From: Ophelia neglecta
Lineage: Eukaryota
Assembly (NCBI GenBank): GCA_965285935.1
Contig: OZ260661.1
Span: forward strand, 133,672,001-133,736,000
Length of the DNA: 64,000 nucleotides
Direction: 5' to 3'
Within the stretch, counting starts at the first letter, position 1, and each line of letters opens with the position of its first letter. Of this stretch, positions 24,401-37,107 are shown one piece after another. The notes under the pieces were generated by a model. The model was given only the letters and a program-made list of their open reading frames with translations. It was not told the DNA's origin and ran no database searches. Position numbers and translations under genes: made by a program.

Positions 24401-27400
24401 GATGTAGCTTGCTTCTGTGGGATGCTTTCACTACCCAGCATATATTGTACTGGTCTCGTTTCTTCTTTGCCGAACACCAATAATTCACACTTAGAAGCGT
24501 TAAAAGTCAGTTTCCATCTAGTGCCATACGAATAGGCCATCTTGCACAGTTCCTGCAAGGTCTTCGCATGTAGGGCTACTATTGTGATGTCATCCGCGTA
24601 GCCCGGGCAGGCGGAGTTTAGGCCGTAGGCAATAGAGCCTAGACCGCTATTCTCTATCAGTTTGAAGAGGCCGTCGTACATGTATGTGAATAGCAGCATG
24701 GAAAGGAGCCCTCCTTGGTGTAGACCTTGGCCGTGTGAATACCACTCTGATGTGCCTCCGGCCACACGAACCGCGCTCTCAAAACGGCGGTACCACGATA
24801 GGAGGATGCTCCATAGTTTCCCTCTAAATCCCAGGTTATAATTTCGGTAGAACAAACCAGAGAACCACACCGTGTCGAAGGCTTTACGAGCATCCAGCAT
24901 AGAGATATACACGGTCTGGCCCCGGGAACGGTGATATTCTATGGCCCCCCGTAAGTGCATTGTTGTATTGAGACTGGAGCAGCCCGCCTGACATGCCGCC
25001 TGCATGGGGCTCACAAGGTGCTTTCCGTCCGCCCATTTAACCATCCTTTGCATGAGCACACCCTCATACAACTTGCAAATGATGGTCAATAGAGTTATTT
25101 TACGGTAACTGTCTTTGAGCGTCGGGTTCTTTCCACCACGTTTATAAAGCGGAATGTCGATTCCCCTTCTAAAGATTACAGGCACATACTCAAGCCTAGT
25201 AATGGCTGTGAATATGAAGGTGAGGATTTCCGCCAGCTCTTTACCGCCGTGTTTGAAGTGTTCGGGAGCAATGTTATCCCACCCGCCAGCCTTACCAGTC
25301 CTTAGCCGTGTGATACAGTGGGCGACCTCATCTTCCGAGATTGGAGGTCCCAGGATGTTATCATCTTGCTGGGGAGAAAGTTGGTCATAAAGCTCGACCC
25401 TAGATTCAATTAGAGAATGAAATGACTGATCAAAGTCCTTGTTTTCCTTGGGTTGACTGAGGTCGAAGAAGTAGTCTCTCCATTCCCTGCGGATATCATC
25501 GGGGTTGGTTACTATCTGGCCACTTTCAGATTGAAGGATAGTGTTTTTGTTTTCATGCCCACTTTGGCGGCGATTATTCACAAGGCGCCAGAAAAAATTT
25601 CGGTCTACGTCGTTAGTGCGAAGGATATCCTCCTGTTCTTTTTCCTCGCTCTCGTGATCGGCGCAGCGTCTCTCTCTTCTATATAGTCGTTTGCTCTCCT
25701 CGAAGAACGCCAATACGAGCCCACAAAATGCCGATAGAAGGTATGCAGCGACTTAAATGGCACTCGATGTTTGGCTCTCTGCTCGGGAGCAACAGTATGA
25801 AATGAATACCAAGGTTGTAAATAATCTACCAGCTGATAGCTCATACATCTCTGTTCCAAAAGATGTGCAACAGGACCTACAGGTGGTACAACAAAAAGGA
25901 AATTAAATGTTTGCCAGCTTCGTTCAGCCCTGATTAGTAAATGAATGGGTCAGTTTCTTTGACAAGATTCCTGAATTGAACTCAAGAGTTTCAACGATGT
26001 CATAAAAATATAACATGTCAAGCACAACAATCAGGTTTTTATCCTCAATGTTGATCCTAGTCTATCTGCTCGGTTAGTCATTATGGCTCAAAACCGAAAA
26101 TGAACTTGAAGCCTATCATACGGACTTTGACCACTTCCGTGGTCGCTTGCAACTGTCGACGGGGGCAATCCAAAACAAACAAGGCGACATTTGAAAACTT
26201 AGATTTAATAAGTTGAATATGTTCGAACCACCGAAGTTCGGATTAATAATTACACCAAGGAATCTTTTCAATCGTTCTCCACTGATACAAACATCACAAG
26301 AAGAAACAGTACGTCGATAATCAATGCAAATACAATATATTGAGGTGTTTTAACATAGAGTTGTATTGAGTTGAGTTGTTTGGGTTTTTACGTGGCTTTC
26401 AACACTTATCGGTCATATCGCCACGGTGCCTACTTGTGACAGTGGGCTCAATGCCCTCTTTAGAGTACTGCCTCACTGGAGTACCTGCCGTAGACACTAG
26501 CCAGGGAACCCCACCCAGTCACATTATACTGTGTAGCCCAGTCCTGATACTACCCCCGAAATACCGGGCGCCTAGCAGGGGAGCTATCAGTACCTATTTT
26601 TGGGTCTAGGGTTTGGAGCGATCGAGATTTGAACCCCGATCTCCCACTTGCGAGGCGGACGCTCTTACCACTCGGCCACGCATTGGTGTCATTCAAGAAG
26701 ATTACCATGTTCTACATTCAGAGTTTCAATCAACGCATCCAAATTTTTATCAATAACAAAAACCTTTGTATTATCGGTAACAAGTACAGGAAATAAGAAC
26801 GATTATAAATTAATCATATCGTTAATATATAAAAGAAATAGTTAAGGCCCCAGAAGCGACCCAGGTAGTACACCGCAGGAAATAGGTCTGCTCTCGGAGG
26901 TAGTTTTGAGATAAGACTCATATTAGGATCAAATGATCGAATAATAACTGAGCCATGCCTGAGCAACTCCCCTTATTCTATATTTATTAACAGTGTTGAA
27001 TGGTTTCGAAAAATCTCAAAAATACCACAAGGACCATGTCTACATCCATTTGAAATTTTGTCAAGAAGAATGAAATTTTTACTGCAATTAATAAATTGGT
27101 GATTATTTAAGATCTAACAAACGGCGTGACTTCACACTGTCTCTACTACCTTATTCACTGCCGATTACCCTTAACTGTACACATTGTAAGACTGGCTATA
27201 AATTACAATGCGATGGGAAATAACGCCCTGTTAGAAGGACTTTTAGCAGAGGATAATTGTATAGACTTAAAGTCACGGGGTAAATAGAAAGTGGCGCCGG
27301 TCCATACATCTTAAAGTGGGTGACTAGGGTATATCTGAATACGTGTTTCCTTACTTATAGTATACAGGAGAAACACAATCGAGAAATCAAATAGCAATAT

Positions 27401-30400
27401 GTTGACCGTAGAAAGATAAGGCATCATTAATTTTACAATTACTTTTCAGATTTATGTTGGAGGATTTGTTATATATTATAATTTACATACGTATTTAGCT
27501 ATTAATTATCTCTAATTTTGATGAAAAACTGCCTTCGGATTTAATGATACCTAATTAATAGACCAAATTTATATTTATATTACCGGCTGGCGACCCAGAA
27601 TGGTATAAATTCAAAGCGACTTATCATACTCCCGGGATCTGATGATCATGTATGTATGTACGTATGTATGTAATTCATTTATTTTCTTGAAACAAGCCAT
27701 GACGCCAACAATAGCTAAGAGCCGTTTGGTGTTGGACGCCCTTTGCCACTACAGCCAATATAGTTTTTGATTATGTTATTACATCTATATCTATAGAAAA
27801 GTATTTTCGCACATAGCAAATGTATATAAACCAAACTGGAAATAATTTCCACAAAAAGTACTAAATTATAATCACAAAACAGAAGCTAATAATAAAATAA
27901 GTCGAACATATCAGCAAAATAAGCAAATCTATCTAGTCACAGGCAGTGCTTATTGCCTAATATGTAACCTTAAGTATATATAAAGAATATGATTACAGCA
28001 TGTATTTTCATACAGCAGACATGCATATAGGCCAATTGAAATGATAATTGTCATATTATAATACATTCATGCTTGAATCACAAACCAAAGCAAACACAAA
28101 GAAACAAACGATGGGATGATGCTAGGCAATTCCGTATCAGGGAATTCTTTCTCGCTTCTATCCGACTATTTAATACGCGAATGTTTTCTATTTCAGTATC
28201 GAGTTATGCACTGATGACAGAGCATGTCAGGAACAAACAAAGGATTTATTGATTGGGTTAATTAAAACAACAGACCTTACAGGAAATTCGTCACAACGAC
28301 GAAGTGGCTGGATGTGGGAAGATGATTCCAAATACGATTGGTTTAACTGGTATGGAGATGACTCGGTCGAGGACATGGACCGTGAACCCAAAGGTTTCAC
28401 ATGCAGAGCTGTAATGATGTACGATGGAACATGGGCTGACAAGAACCCCAAAGATTTCAAATTCATTTGTGAGAAAAAAGGTAATCTCGTAACGCCTTAT
28501 ACTTTCTTAACTTGACGCTTCTATGTTGATCGGGAGTTGCCTTGACTCAATTACACTATCCATGTGTTACCGGGAAGACAAAGTATCGTATAAGGCATCC
28601 ATACTTAGATTTGTTGGTTTCCAAACTCGTGAGGTTTTTTATTTGAGTTTCGCCGCATACGCTTATGTTGGCATGTCAACCTTTTTTCTTGTTTTAAGCA
28701 ATAGTACCCGTTATCCGAGTTGTCCAGTGGCACGCAATTTTTTTTTACAATTTGTTATAGGAATCTACATCAAATATTTTTTTATATTTCAAACCTGGAT
28801 GAAAACTATTAAGAAATACAGTTTAATCAAACAAGATGTATCTGTTCCTGTCTGCCGCTATGTCCATTGCCCTAGCAACTTCTACCGTTTCTAGTTAGTC
28901 TTAGCCGATTTAACCCATAAGTCAAAACAACTGGTTTATTTTTCATACTTTCCCAAGCTAGTCTTCTATGAAACAAGACAAATTATGGAGTCAACAGCCT
29001 TTTGGGAGAAGTATTGATTATTATTGTTGAAAGTAGTACAAAAACGATTTTAGCCCTTGAACAATACTTAGTTGATCGATTTTTATGGCGTTGGTTCAAA
29101 AACTTTTTCCGCTTAAACAACCAGGTCGGTCGGTCGGATAAAGGAAAAATAAACAGCAGTGAAAGTGCTGGTTGGGTAGGTTGGTTGGGTAGAACTTATC
29201 CACTTGCTTAACAATTAATTTTCTGTATCTTGCTAACTATGTCCCTGCATAGATGCAAATCTGTACAGTTACGTTATATATAAAACTCCGTAACTGAGAG
29301 ATTAAGGAAATGGAGCGAGACGGGATAGCGGACAGGAGACGGATAATCAATGATTTTAGCAACAATTGGAAGAAAGTAAAAGGTTTTGGGCCGACTAAGG
29401 GAAAGAAAATCATAAATTTCTTTACTGCCGTGAGAAGGTTTTGAGAAAAGGCCAAATTTATTTTTGGTTCATCCTTTGTTTAAAAAGTCGTCGGGTGAGG
29501 AAACCGTGTTTAAGAAACAAAAAATCCTATGGAGTCGTATTGTTCTTTGTTACCTGTCATCTTCCCTTCCTTTATTTGTTGTTTGGAGAGCATTGCATTA
29601 ACATTCAACGTGCACACATGTCCTTAATTCTTTCTCTTTTATTGACTTCTTGGAGCAGCCAAATATGATCTGACAGAAGCTCCTATTTCAACGAAATCGC
29701 CCTTCGACGAAGTGACAGCAACCGGACATAGGCCATCGATCACAACCTTTGGCGTATCGGACACCAACCAGGGTCCTTATAATTTTACATACACAAAGGG
29801 ACAAAATGTTTTTTTGAGTTCATGAGTCATTACCCCAATCTAGCATGTTTCTAGCGTTATTGTTGAAAGAGTATTTAAAAAGTGATCTTGTGGAAATCCA
29901 GCCAATCTAAAATCACTGTTGATGCTTGTCTTCAAGCAATTCGCCTCAAATAATAATTTGTTTACACTAAACGTATATCGGTCTAATGCATCAGCTATTA
30001 CACCTTCTTATAACTCTTTTTTCCAGACCCCTCTCTTTACATTGGCATCGCCGTGGGATTGGTATTGCTTATTGGTTTAATATTAATTACTGTAGCCACT
30101 TTGTTTAGGAGGAAAATTAGGAGGAGGTATTTTGTTTTGGATTAAATAATATCTAGTCTCAATGGTTTGTCCTATTGTCACTTTAATGACAGATGTGCGT
30201 TTGTTTTTATTTATCATGAAATTGGAATCCACCACACCCTCATAAAGAACGTAGTTCGAATTTTGCTTAAGCCCTTCTGATATTTTAGGAAAAAGGACGA
30301 GAATCAGGAACGCAACATTTATTATAATACGAGAGAAGGAATGACAGAACAAATTGGGAAGCATGAGAGAAATGTACCGAATCCCTGTAATGATTTGGAC

Positions 30401-30520
30401 ACGGTAGAATCGAATTATGAGGAACTCATTGGTGTTTCTTCAAATGGTGATGAAGCATATCCTACACAGAACAATAATCACGTATATTGTATTGTGCGTG
30501 CCCAAAATGAGCGACAATAG
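21460..30520 (+). CDS. CTLR3: chimeric C-type lectin-like receptor with truncated tail (possibly a pseudogene)
   Basis: Exons 21460-21535 and 21683-21845 (CTLR2-like); 28197-28480, ~29656 onward (stalk, splice sites unclear), 30027-30126 TM and 30289-30520 (CTLR5-like). A 14-nt deletion relative to CTLR5 gives TAG at 30518-30520; the ancestral end VENSVYGD* is still visible to 30643. WIGL is changed to LIGL. Confidence 0.7.
22450..26240 (+). mobile_element. Degenerate DNA-transposon transposase-like relic (tentatively Academ-like), interrupted by a LINE
   Basis: Fragments IGYCPVINASPTDLSTVYTLL, VFDQAIYA*, GFH..FLAVISKRFG.AGL.DL, STNGV (to ~23124) resume after the LINE as IRAHKMPIEGMQRLKW (~25712). 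Family assignment is from memory of these motifs, not from a search. Confidence 0.55.
23125..25710 (-). mobile_element. 5'-truncated LINE with uninterrupted RT ORF (23347-25713, 788 codons)
   Basis: RT motifs KAGGWDNI, YRKITLL, LDARKAFDTV, GLHQGGLLS, YADD; C-terminal CPTC-x8-H-x4-C knuckle; no endonuclease domain; 3' UTR ends in AATAAAAAAAA at ~23125-23135 on the minus strand. Confidence 0.95.
26352..26688 (-). mobile_element. tRNA-derived SINE, copy 1
   Basis: Minus-strand head has an A box (TGGCCGAGTGG) and B box (GGTTCAAATC); the body matches the copies at 46.3 and 59.1 kb; simple-repeat tail. It is absent at the paralogous position in CTLR5 intron 2 (~39940). Confidence 0.85.
26700..27100 (-). 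mobile_element. Old LINE RT fragment in CTLR3 intron 2
   Basis: Paralogous to 39950-40330; decayed F.KPF.TV and GV..GS.LG.LLFL motifs on the minus strand. Confidence 0.6.
27650..28110 (-). mobile_element. Probable 3' end of a non-LTR element inserted in CTLR3 intron 2
   Basis: Interrupts gatgatcatg|ggatgatgctaggc, which is contiguous in CTLR5 (~40870). The minus-strand end has AATAAA followed by a (CATA)n tail. Confidence 0.6.
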
Positions 30521-31699
30521 TCAAACTGTGAGTGAATTTTACGCGGTGCCCCACAAGCGTAATGGCCGATGTGAACCCGAACAGGATCGGATGAACAGGA
30601 CACCGACAGAATGCTAGTGGAGAACAGTGTGTATGGAGATTAACCTAAACATTTTTTCCGAACTGAAATATGATATTGTCATCTTGTAATAAAATACTCC
30701 ATTATTTTTAAAACTATTTTCAAAGCAAATCGCTGTATGATTTTGATAATAAATCGCTTGTTCTAATTCAACCCACTCGTGAAAAACCTTTGTCCACGCC
30801 GAATATAGTCTAGCTATATTTATAGATGGAACTGTAATTCTAATAACTGTGTTCCTATGTTCCTATGGCCCAAAATGATGCATCTTAATAACAGACGAGA
30901 AAAAGCTGCACTGCTAAGCAGCTGTTTTTAGCGATGCCATTTTTATATCGTTATATGTTCAGCCAATTTTACAAATTTCGCAATCATCGCAAAATTAACC
31001 TGTATGCAATCTCCCTAAGATGGCGCACGAACTGCCGAAAAGGGGCATTCACAACTTCGACACAATGTGCAAATTTTCAGTACAGAAATGTCAGATCGAG
31101 AAGGCCAAGTATATTGGGGCTTTTGCTATCGTGGGTTTGTGTGACACTCAGAAGTGTGTAGATATGTAGAGCCGTAGACCTATAAGTAAATACGTAACAC
31201 CAAAAGAATTTGAAATCAAGGGATGGTCTTTTTTCCAGGCACATCGATACAGGAGGGTTTGTGTCATTATTTCTTTGAAAGACACATCGAGCTCACCAAA
31301 GTGGCTTTTGACACCGCAGAAAGTATTAAACTACGTTCAAGCGTGAAAGGGTAGGCTAGTCTTGGGGCGGAACAGACGTGTTCTGGTCGCGAGTGGCCAT
31401 TCTTGGTATTTTAGGTTGCCAAAACACAAATAAAACATATCTACAAATGACTACGACCGGGAGAAACTTCGGGAACTGTCATATGGTATTTGGATTGCTA
31501 AAGGTGGACACGTTTATTACTTTTTGGCGTTTTTTTTCTCGTAGAATCTGCTCAGAACAACATTATATCACCCACTGTTACTTCTAGGACGAACAAATCC
31601 CTATTCACTGCAATACACAAGTGTGAAAGCCACCAAAGCAGTTCATTTGGGCATAATACCCTTGTCACCCTACTTGGTGGGGGAGTATAAAGACTGTTG

Positions 31700-33720
31700 G
31701 ATGTCGCACACACAAACTACTGGTCGGTCAGCAGCCCAAACAATACCAGTAAAACAAAACATAGAATGCTAGAGTATTTCAGAGAAATGGCACTTGAGAT
31801 TAAACTAGAGTTACTATGTGGAAAGACAGTGGAACAAGCCAAGATAATTGACGATCACAACGCATCCAAACCCATAGAGAATGGCAACAACATCGAGAGA
31901 ACTCATATCCTTAACTGAGCTAGTAGCTGAATCCTTGCGCGAAGACATGGATGGGGTAATCGCTTCGGTGGGTGACTTTAGACTCCCAGTACAGCTACAT
32001 CACAAGGCTATCCGTCAATTGGAGGAGCGCGACTTACATAAAGAAATAGAGGCGAGAATTACTCACGCAATACTGTATTGCATGAGAGAGGGGCGTGATA
32101 GGGTAGATGAACTAAAAAACGTGAAAAGCTATGTTCAATACACACTTGGTTTCGGGCGGGATGTGCTAAGAAGTATGAAATTTGTTGATATATACAGTCT
32201 CGGCAAGTTCAACCCAGCTAGAAGCAGAGGGATGCGTATTGACTTTCCCAGCGAAGATGGAGTGAAAGCATGCATTAATGCTGCTAATGCCCGGTGAACG
32301 AGCTGGCTTGTGGCCAAAGACGCTGCAGGGGGCCAGAGCTGTACTTTTATCAGTGGTGAACGCTCCCAAGCGCTTGGGAAAAATACCAGAGTTGGCTTCC
32401 CCGCCAGACTTTAAGTATGCGAAGATAATGGACCTGATATTAGGAAAGAGAGCGACTATGAGCCTGGACTTCGTCGTTACTCTAAACTGCTCATAGCCCA
32501 TGACATGTCCGAGTAAAGGTTCCAAGACATCTTTGAAGAATACCCTGCACTATGGGATGAAATAATTAAAGAGGAGCAAGAAACAACGGCGAAAACGGAA
32601 GCTCGCAAGGACAATGACATGAAACGTGCTGCCTCAGTGGGTCAATCGTCTCAGCCCATCCGGGCACAACGCGAACAAGATCAAAGGAAGGTGGAACATG
32701 TCAGCGACTATCCAGGAATCCCTTCTAGCCTCGAGCCCATCAATCTCACGTACCGTCAGCAAGGCGAAGGAGCAACAGTCGCAGTACCTGTGATGTCGGC
32801 GGAGCTGAAGGAATAGAGGTCCTGAACCAATCAATGCTAGACCCGGATGCCACGCAATATCCCACAGAATGTAATCAATCTTTGTCTGATCACAGCAATA
32901 CACCAGGCTCGTCGCGTCTTGGAGTCGCCAATTAGCTCCATAACTAACAAAACGGCTTATAATCTATGTGAAAGATAGCATCTCTAAACATGTTAGTTTT
33001 TATAAGTACCACAAGGATGTGTATGCATGGCTCAAGTATGAGGAAAAAAGGAGCAGCACAAAGTGGTTTGTTTGTGTGTTTTATCGTTCTCCGACTGGAT
33101 CAACTCACTCTGATAACTGTGATGGATTGAATGGCGTGTTAAATGACATTGGCATGCTTAGGGGTATTCATGGACATGAAACCGACGCCTACCTCACTGG
33201 TGATTTCAATGCCAGGGTTGGGACATATCCTGACCATCTTACAAGTTCCGGGCACTCGTCAGAGGGAATGCCAAATAGCATATGGATGAACACTGGCCTC
33301 GGTCCACAGCTGACAAGCAAACAAACAATGAGGGTTGCCTTCTGTATAGCTGCCGATCTCCTCATGGTTAACGATAGGATCGGCTCGCCGGATAATTCTG
33401 GGTCTCACACATACGATAAGGGGAATAGTCGTACTTGTATAGACTATGAACTAGTGTCTAAGCATAGTGTAGCTCAAACAGCTGGCTTTAATGTTACCAA
33501 AGCCACGCTTCTATCAGACACTCGTGCAATATCGGCATCTTTAGTTTCTAAAGGACTTCAGTACAAACGAGGTAAAACTGGTTGAACAGTGAACGGGGGA
33601 AAAGGGATCATCCAGAAAAGGTTGACCAGATGCAAGATATCATTAATACTAATGCTGAGATATTATGGTCAATAGTTAGTAATCTATCTGCCACTCCTGA
33701 GTCAAAAGCTAAATACTGTT
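31700..33720 (+). mobile_element. 5' part of a degenerate LINE (ORF1-like region plus APE endonuclease)
   Basis: 32968-33585 has APE motifs VFYRSP, LTGDFNAR, CIDYELVS and LSDT (SDH-like). 31881-32297 resembles LINE ORF1 (SLGKFNPARSRGMRIDF). No RT follows. Confidence 0.75.
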
Positions 33721-34378
33721 ATAGACTTAGGTGTCCCATTGTATTGGTTAGGTAAAATATGTTTACAAACATGGCGCTGCTGACCTTAAACCAAATCAGT
33801 TACCACCTTGGATGTGTTACCGACTGCAAGCAAATGAGAATAGACTGAGGATGGCTGAGTCAACATATCTCCGAAGTTTAATTTGCCCATGACCAAATGG
33901 GGTTGGGAGAGAGGGGGGGGGGGGTTAAATACGAGATCGACTTCACATTGCTTGGTACGCAAATAATTATTGAGTTACTTCATAATAAATCGTAATACAC
34001 TTTATAAAGACACATGCAATATGAGAACGACACATGCCTTGATTTTATAGTAAGGGCAGCGAGTGCGAAAGTGGTGGTGGATGGGTGGTGGTGGTGGGGG
34101 CGGGGGGTAGATATATTTACTACACCCCCACCCTTGAGGTTTCGAAATCAGTTTTCACCAGTCCGATAGATTTACAGAGGCAAAATATTCCCTGACATTT
34201 GATTGAGGCCTAATGTTGAAAGAAGACAGTCAACCTTCCACTAGTCACGGTCTTTCAAATACATTCAGGCTGACCTGGTTAAGTACCCAGCAAAACACAA
34301 ATGATAATACTCCAACTATAAAATCATGGAGAGGAAGAACGGGCTCTCCACGTGCAGCCAAAATGGTGTGTGGATAAT

Positions 34379-34560
34379 CTAGAACAATGCCACATCACCC
34401 AAGATAAGAATGTTCTCATAAGTGAGGGGAACACTGTCGAGAAAGTAAAAAAAAAGAAAAGCATTTACAATAAATACGTTTATTATTGATGGAGGCGGGC
34501 GATATACGGTGTAGGTTCTGACTGCATTATTGCTACATTGATTGAATATATTCAAACAAA
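34379..34560 (-). mobile_element. Short LINE endonuclease relic upstream of CTLR4 (shorter copy at ~4470-4560)
   Basis: Translation VYRPPPS...FLDSV...ENILILGD matches APE-domain motifs. Confidence 0.55.
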
Positions 34561-34986
34561 CTATACGTTGGGAGTCAATAATAGATATTGGCATATTCTG
34601 CTTGGAGAATTCCAACTCAATTATAACGTATGTTCGCTCATTTATGCCAACCTCCGAAATAACCATATACACGGAGCCAGCAGTCAAAATGGGATGGCGT
34701 CCAGTGGCTTGCAGCTGGTCGGACCACAAATGCATTTCAGGCGAATGTCTTTCCTATACTAGTTTAGATATATCAAATAACATGTTAACCTGTGCAATAG
34801 TTGAAAAGTCACTCCTTACAAAAAAATAATACAAGATGTTAACCAGACTATGACTATAGCATGTTACCATCTATATTGATAGCAGTTCAGGTAAAGCGCT
34901 GACTATTACCTGGTAAAAGGTATCCCATTTGACAGTGGTTCTTTTCCTTCTTTGCCATGAGAATCTTATAATTTGTGAAGTCTATC

Positions 34987-37107
34987 ATGGCGGAAAGTTC
35001 ACACACCCTTTCTGCATCCATATTACTGTATTTTTCATGGATTTTATTCGTACCACCATCAGGTATTTGTCTTAACATCATACGATATGCATACACCGTC
35101 AGAGCTTTCATATACCTATCTTATCAGCTATTAGGTGTATACGCCTACACTGTATAATTTATATCATACACAATTATGTACGTTAGGTAATTGACAATAG
35201 TATTGCAGGTGCAGTTTGTGATCCAGCATGGCAACAATACCATGCAAGTTGCTATTTTAAGTCCACTAGGGAAACATCATGGGTTGATGCCAGAGATTTG
35301 TGTATGAACATGGACTCCCATCTCGTATCTATCACAGACCAAGAAGAAAATGACTTTATCAGGCGTACGTTGTGAGTGACATTTCATACTACAGTTTTAC
35401 ATGTACGAACTTTTTGTATAAGTAGACTTTTAAACAACTGTAGAGAAAACCGTACTATCGTGGAAATCAAGATGAAGGCTTGACACATACAAAACTTCGA
35501 TCTTATACAATAATTTGCATCGAAATATATTGTTTATACCTTGACCAGACTTTTAAGGCTGAAATTGTAACATACAAGTAGTAGTACTAGTAGTAGTATC
35601 ACATGCATGGCTAGAACAATAAGATGAGTACGTATATATATACAGGGAACCTGCGTTTGTGGTGATCTGTGTAATAAGGTCACCTGCCCACCAAAGTCAC
35701 TAAATATTAGCCCAATCCTCATTTATGCCTGTGTTAACCGCCCATTAAGGCAAACTACATAATGTGGTTATTCCAAACTATTGCGTGACCTGACTAGACA
35801 GGTTTCAATGTATTACTTCACAGTATATAGACTGTGACGCCAACTGACAGGCAGGTGAAAACGCTGTCGAGCAATTGTAAATCATCGAAGGAATGTCCAT
35901 CAATGCTGCTATGAATATGCAAATGAGCAAACGCCGATCTCGCAAGTAGCTTTTGGTTTTATGAACGGAAAATGATTCCTTATCATGGGAGAACTTTTAG
36001 TATCCTTGCAATGTATTCACATCGTTTGTATCAAGGGAGCTTTTTATGCTAAATTAGGGCATTTACTGCCTGTTTTGAATTTGGTGTTATATCAAGAACA
36101 AAAATGGGAACTTTGTTCTAGCGATTTCTTCTAGAACCGTGTTATAAGTATAAATATAACAATTATTTAAATATCATATCTTCTTATAAAATTGGCATAA
36201 GCCTGCCGATATCCCCAATTTTATCGTCCCGCCATGACATTCAGATAATAATGAGGTGTTAAATGTCATGGCTGCAATGCATGTTTACTTTATTCCATTT
36301 TACCCCAGTTTATTCAAAAAACGCGATTACTGTCTATTTAAAGACGTTGCAGATCATCTATGTTGTTAGCAGGTTATAGTAACTGAGATTTTAGCTACAT
36401 TAGATTTTGCTTGGTATATGAATAAGACAGAAACGCCTGTCTGGATTACATTATTTGTGTTGGTATGTTAAATAAATTTAAATATTAATCTTTTTAAATC
36501 CCAAACCCGTAGTGCATTATGCACGGCTTCCTGCACAGAACACACATATTTATCAATGGTTTACACCAACCCGTCTATTTGCATCGGGTTTTCATGTTAC
36601 GGGTGTGTTAAGGGCTTGACAAGTATATTAGGGTTCGGTTCCGCAAGGGAACGAGTACTATATTGCCATTGTAAATTGCTACATTTTTTAAGCGTCAACA
36701 CAGAAATAGTAATTTACAACTGTATGTCCACTGCCGATAATATACATACTGTCATTGTCCTATAATATACACATTTATAACACTCCTTTGGTCTTTTTTA
36801 TGTATGACATATGTTGATTCCAGTGTCGAAATATGCACCGTTAGCACAGAATGTAAAGAACAAACACAAGATGCATGGATTGGATTGTCGAAAATGACAG
36901 ACATGTCCGGAAATGTGACACAACGACGAATGGACTGGATATGGGTGGATGGATCCAAATACCAATGGTCTAACTGAGATGGTAGTGCCCCAGTCCCGGA
37001 TGTCAGGCGTGAACCAACGGCATTCACAGAGAAAGCCCGAACACAGTACGATGGGAAATGGGCTGCCATGACCCCAAATAACATCAGGTTTATCTGTGAG
37101 AAAGTAG
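34987..37107 (+). pseudogene. CTLR4: truncated pseudogene copy of CTLR1
   Basis: Exons 34987-35062, 35209-35371 and 36824-37107 and their introns are nearly identical to CTLR1. TGG>TGA nonsense change at 36975-36977. Homology ends at ~37620 and no stalk, TM or tail exons follow. Confidence 0.88.

Noticed and set aside
23347-25713. 788-aa ORF as a domesticated host RT gene
   Set aside because: The 'start' is a TTG created at the 5' truncation junction, the endonuclease is missing, and it ends in a poly(A)-like tail: an ordinary truncated LINE.
26610-26688. tRNA genes at SINE heads (also ~59320-59390 and the tRNA-like stretch ~56535-56615)
   Set aside because: A/B boxes are present but I cannot fold a convincing cloverleaf, and the first two continue into a shared SINE body.
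31700-33720. Idea that this ORF1/endonuclease piece is the missing 5' half of the LINE at 23.1-25.7 kb
   Set aside because: No overlapping sequence links them, and this piece is far more decayed than the open RT ORF.
4988-34987. Almost exactly 30,000-bp offset between the CTLR1 and CTLR4 start codons
   Set aside because: The offset drifts with indels along the duplicate and the copies have diverged; treated as coincidence.
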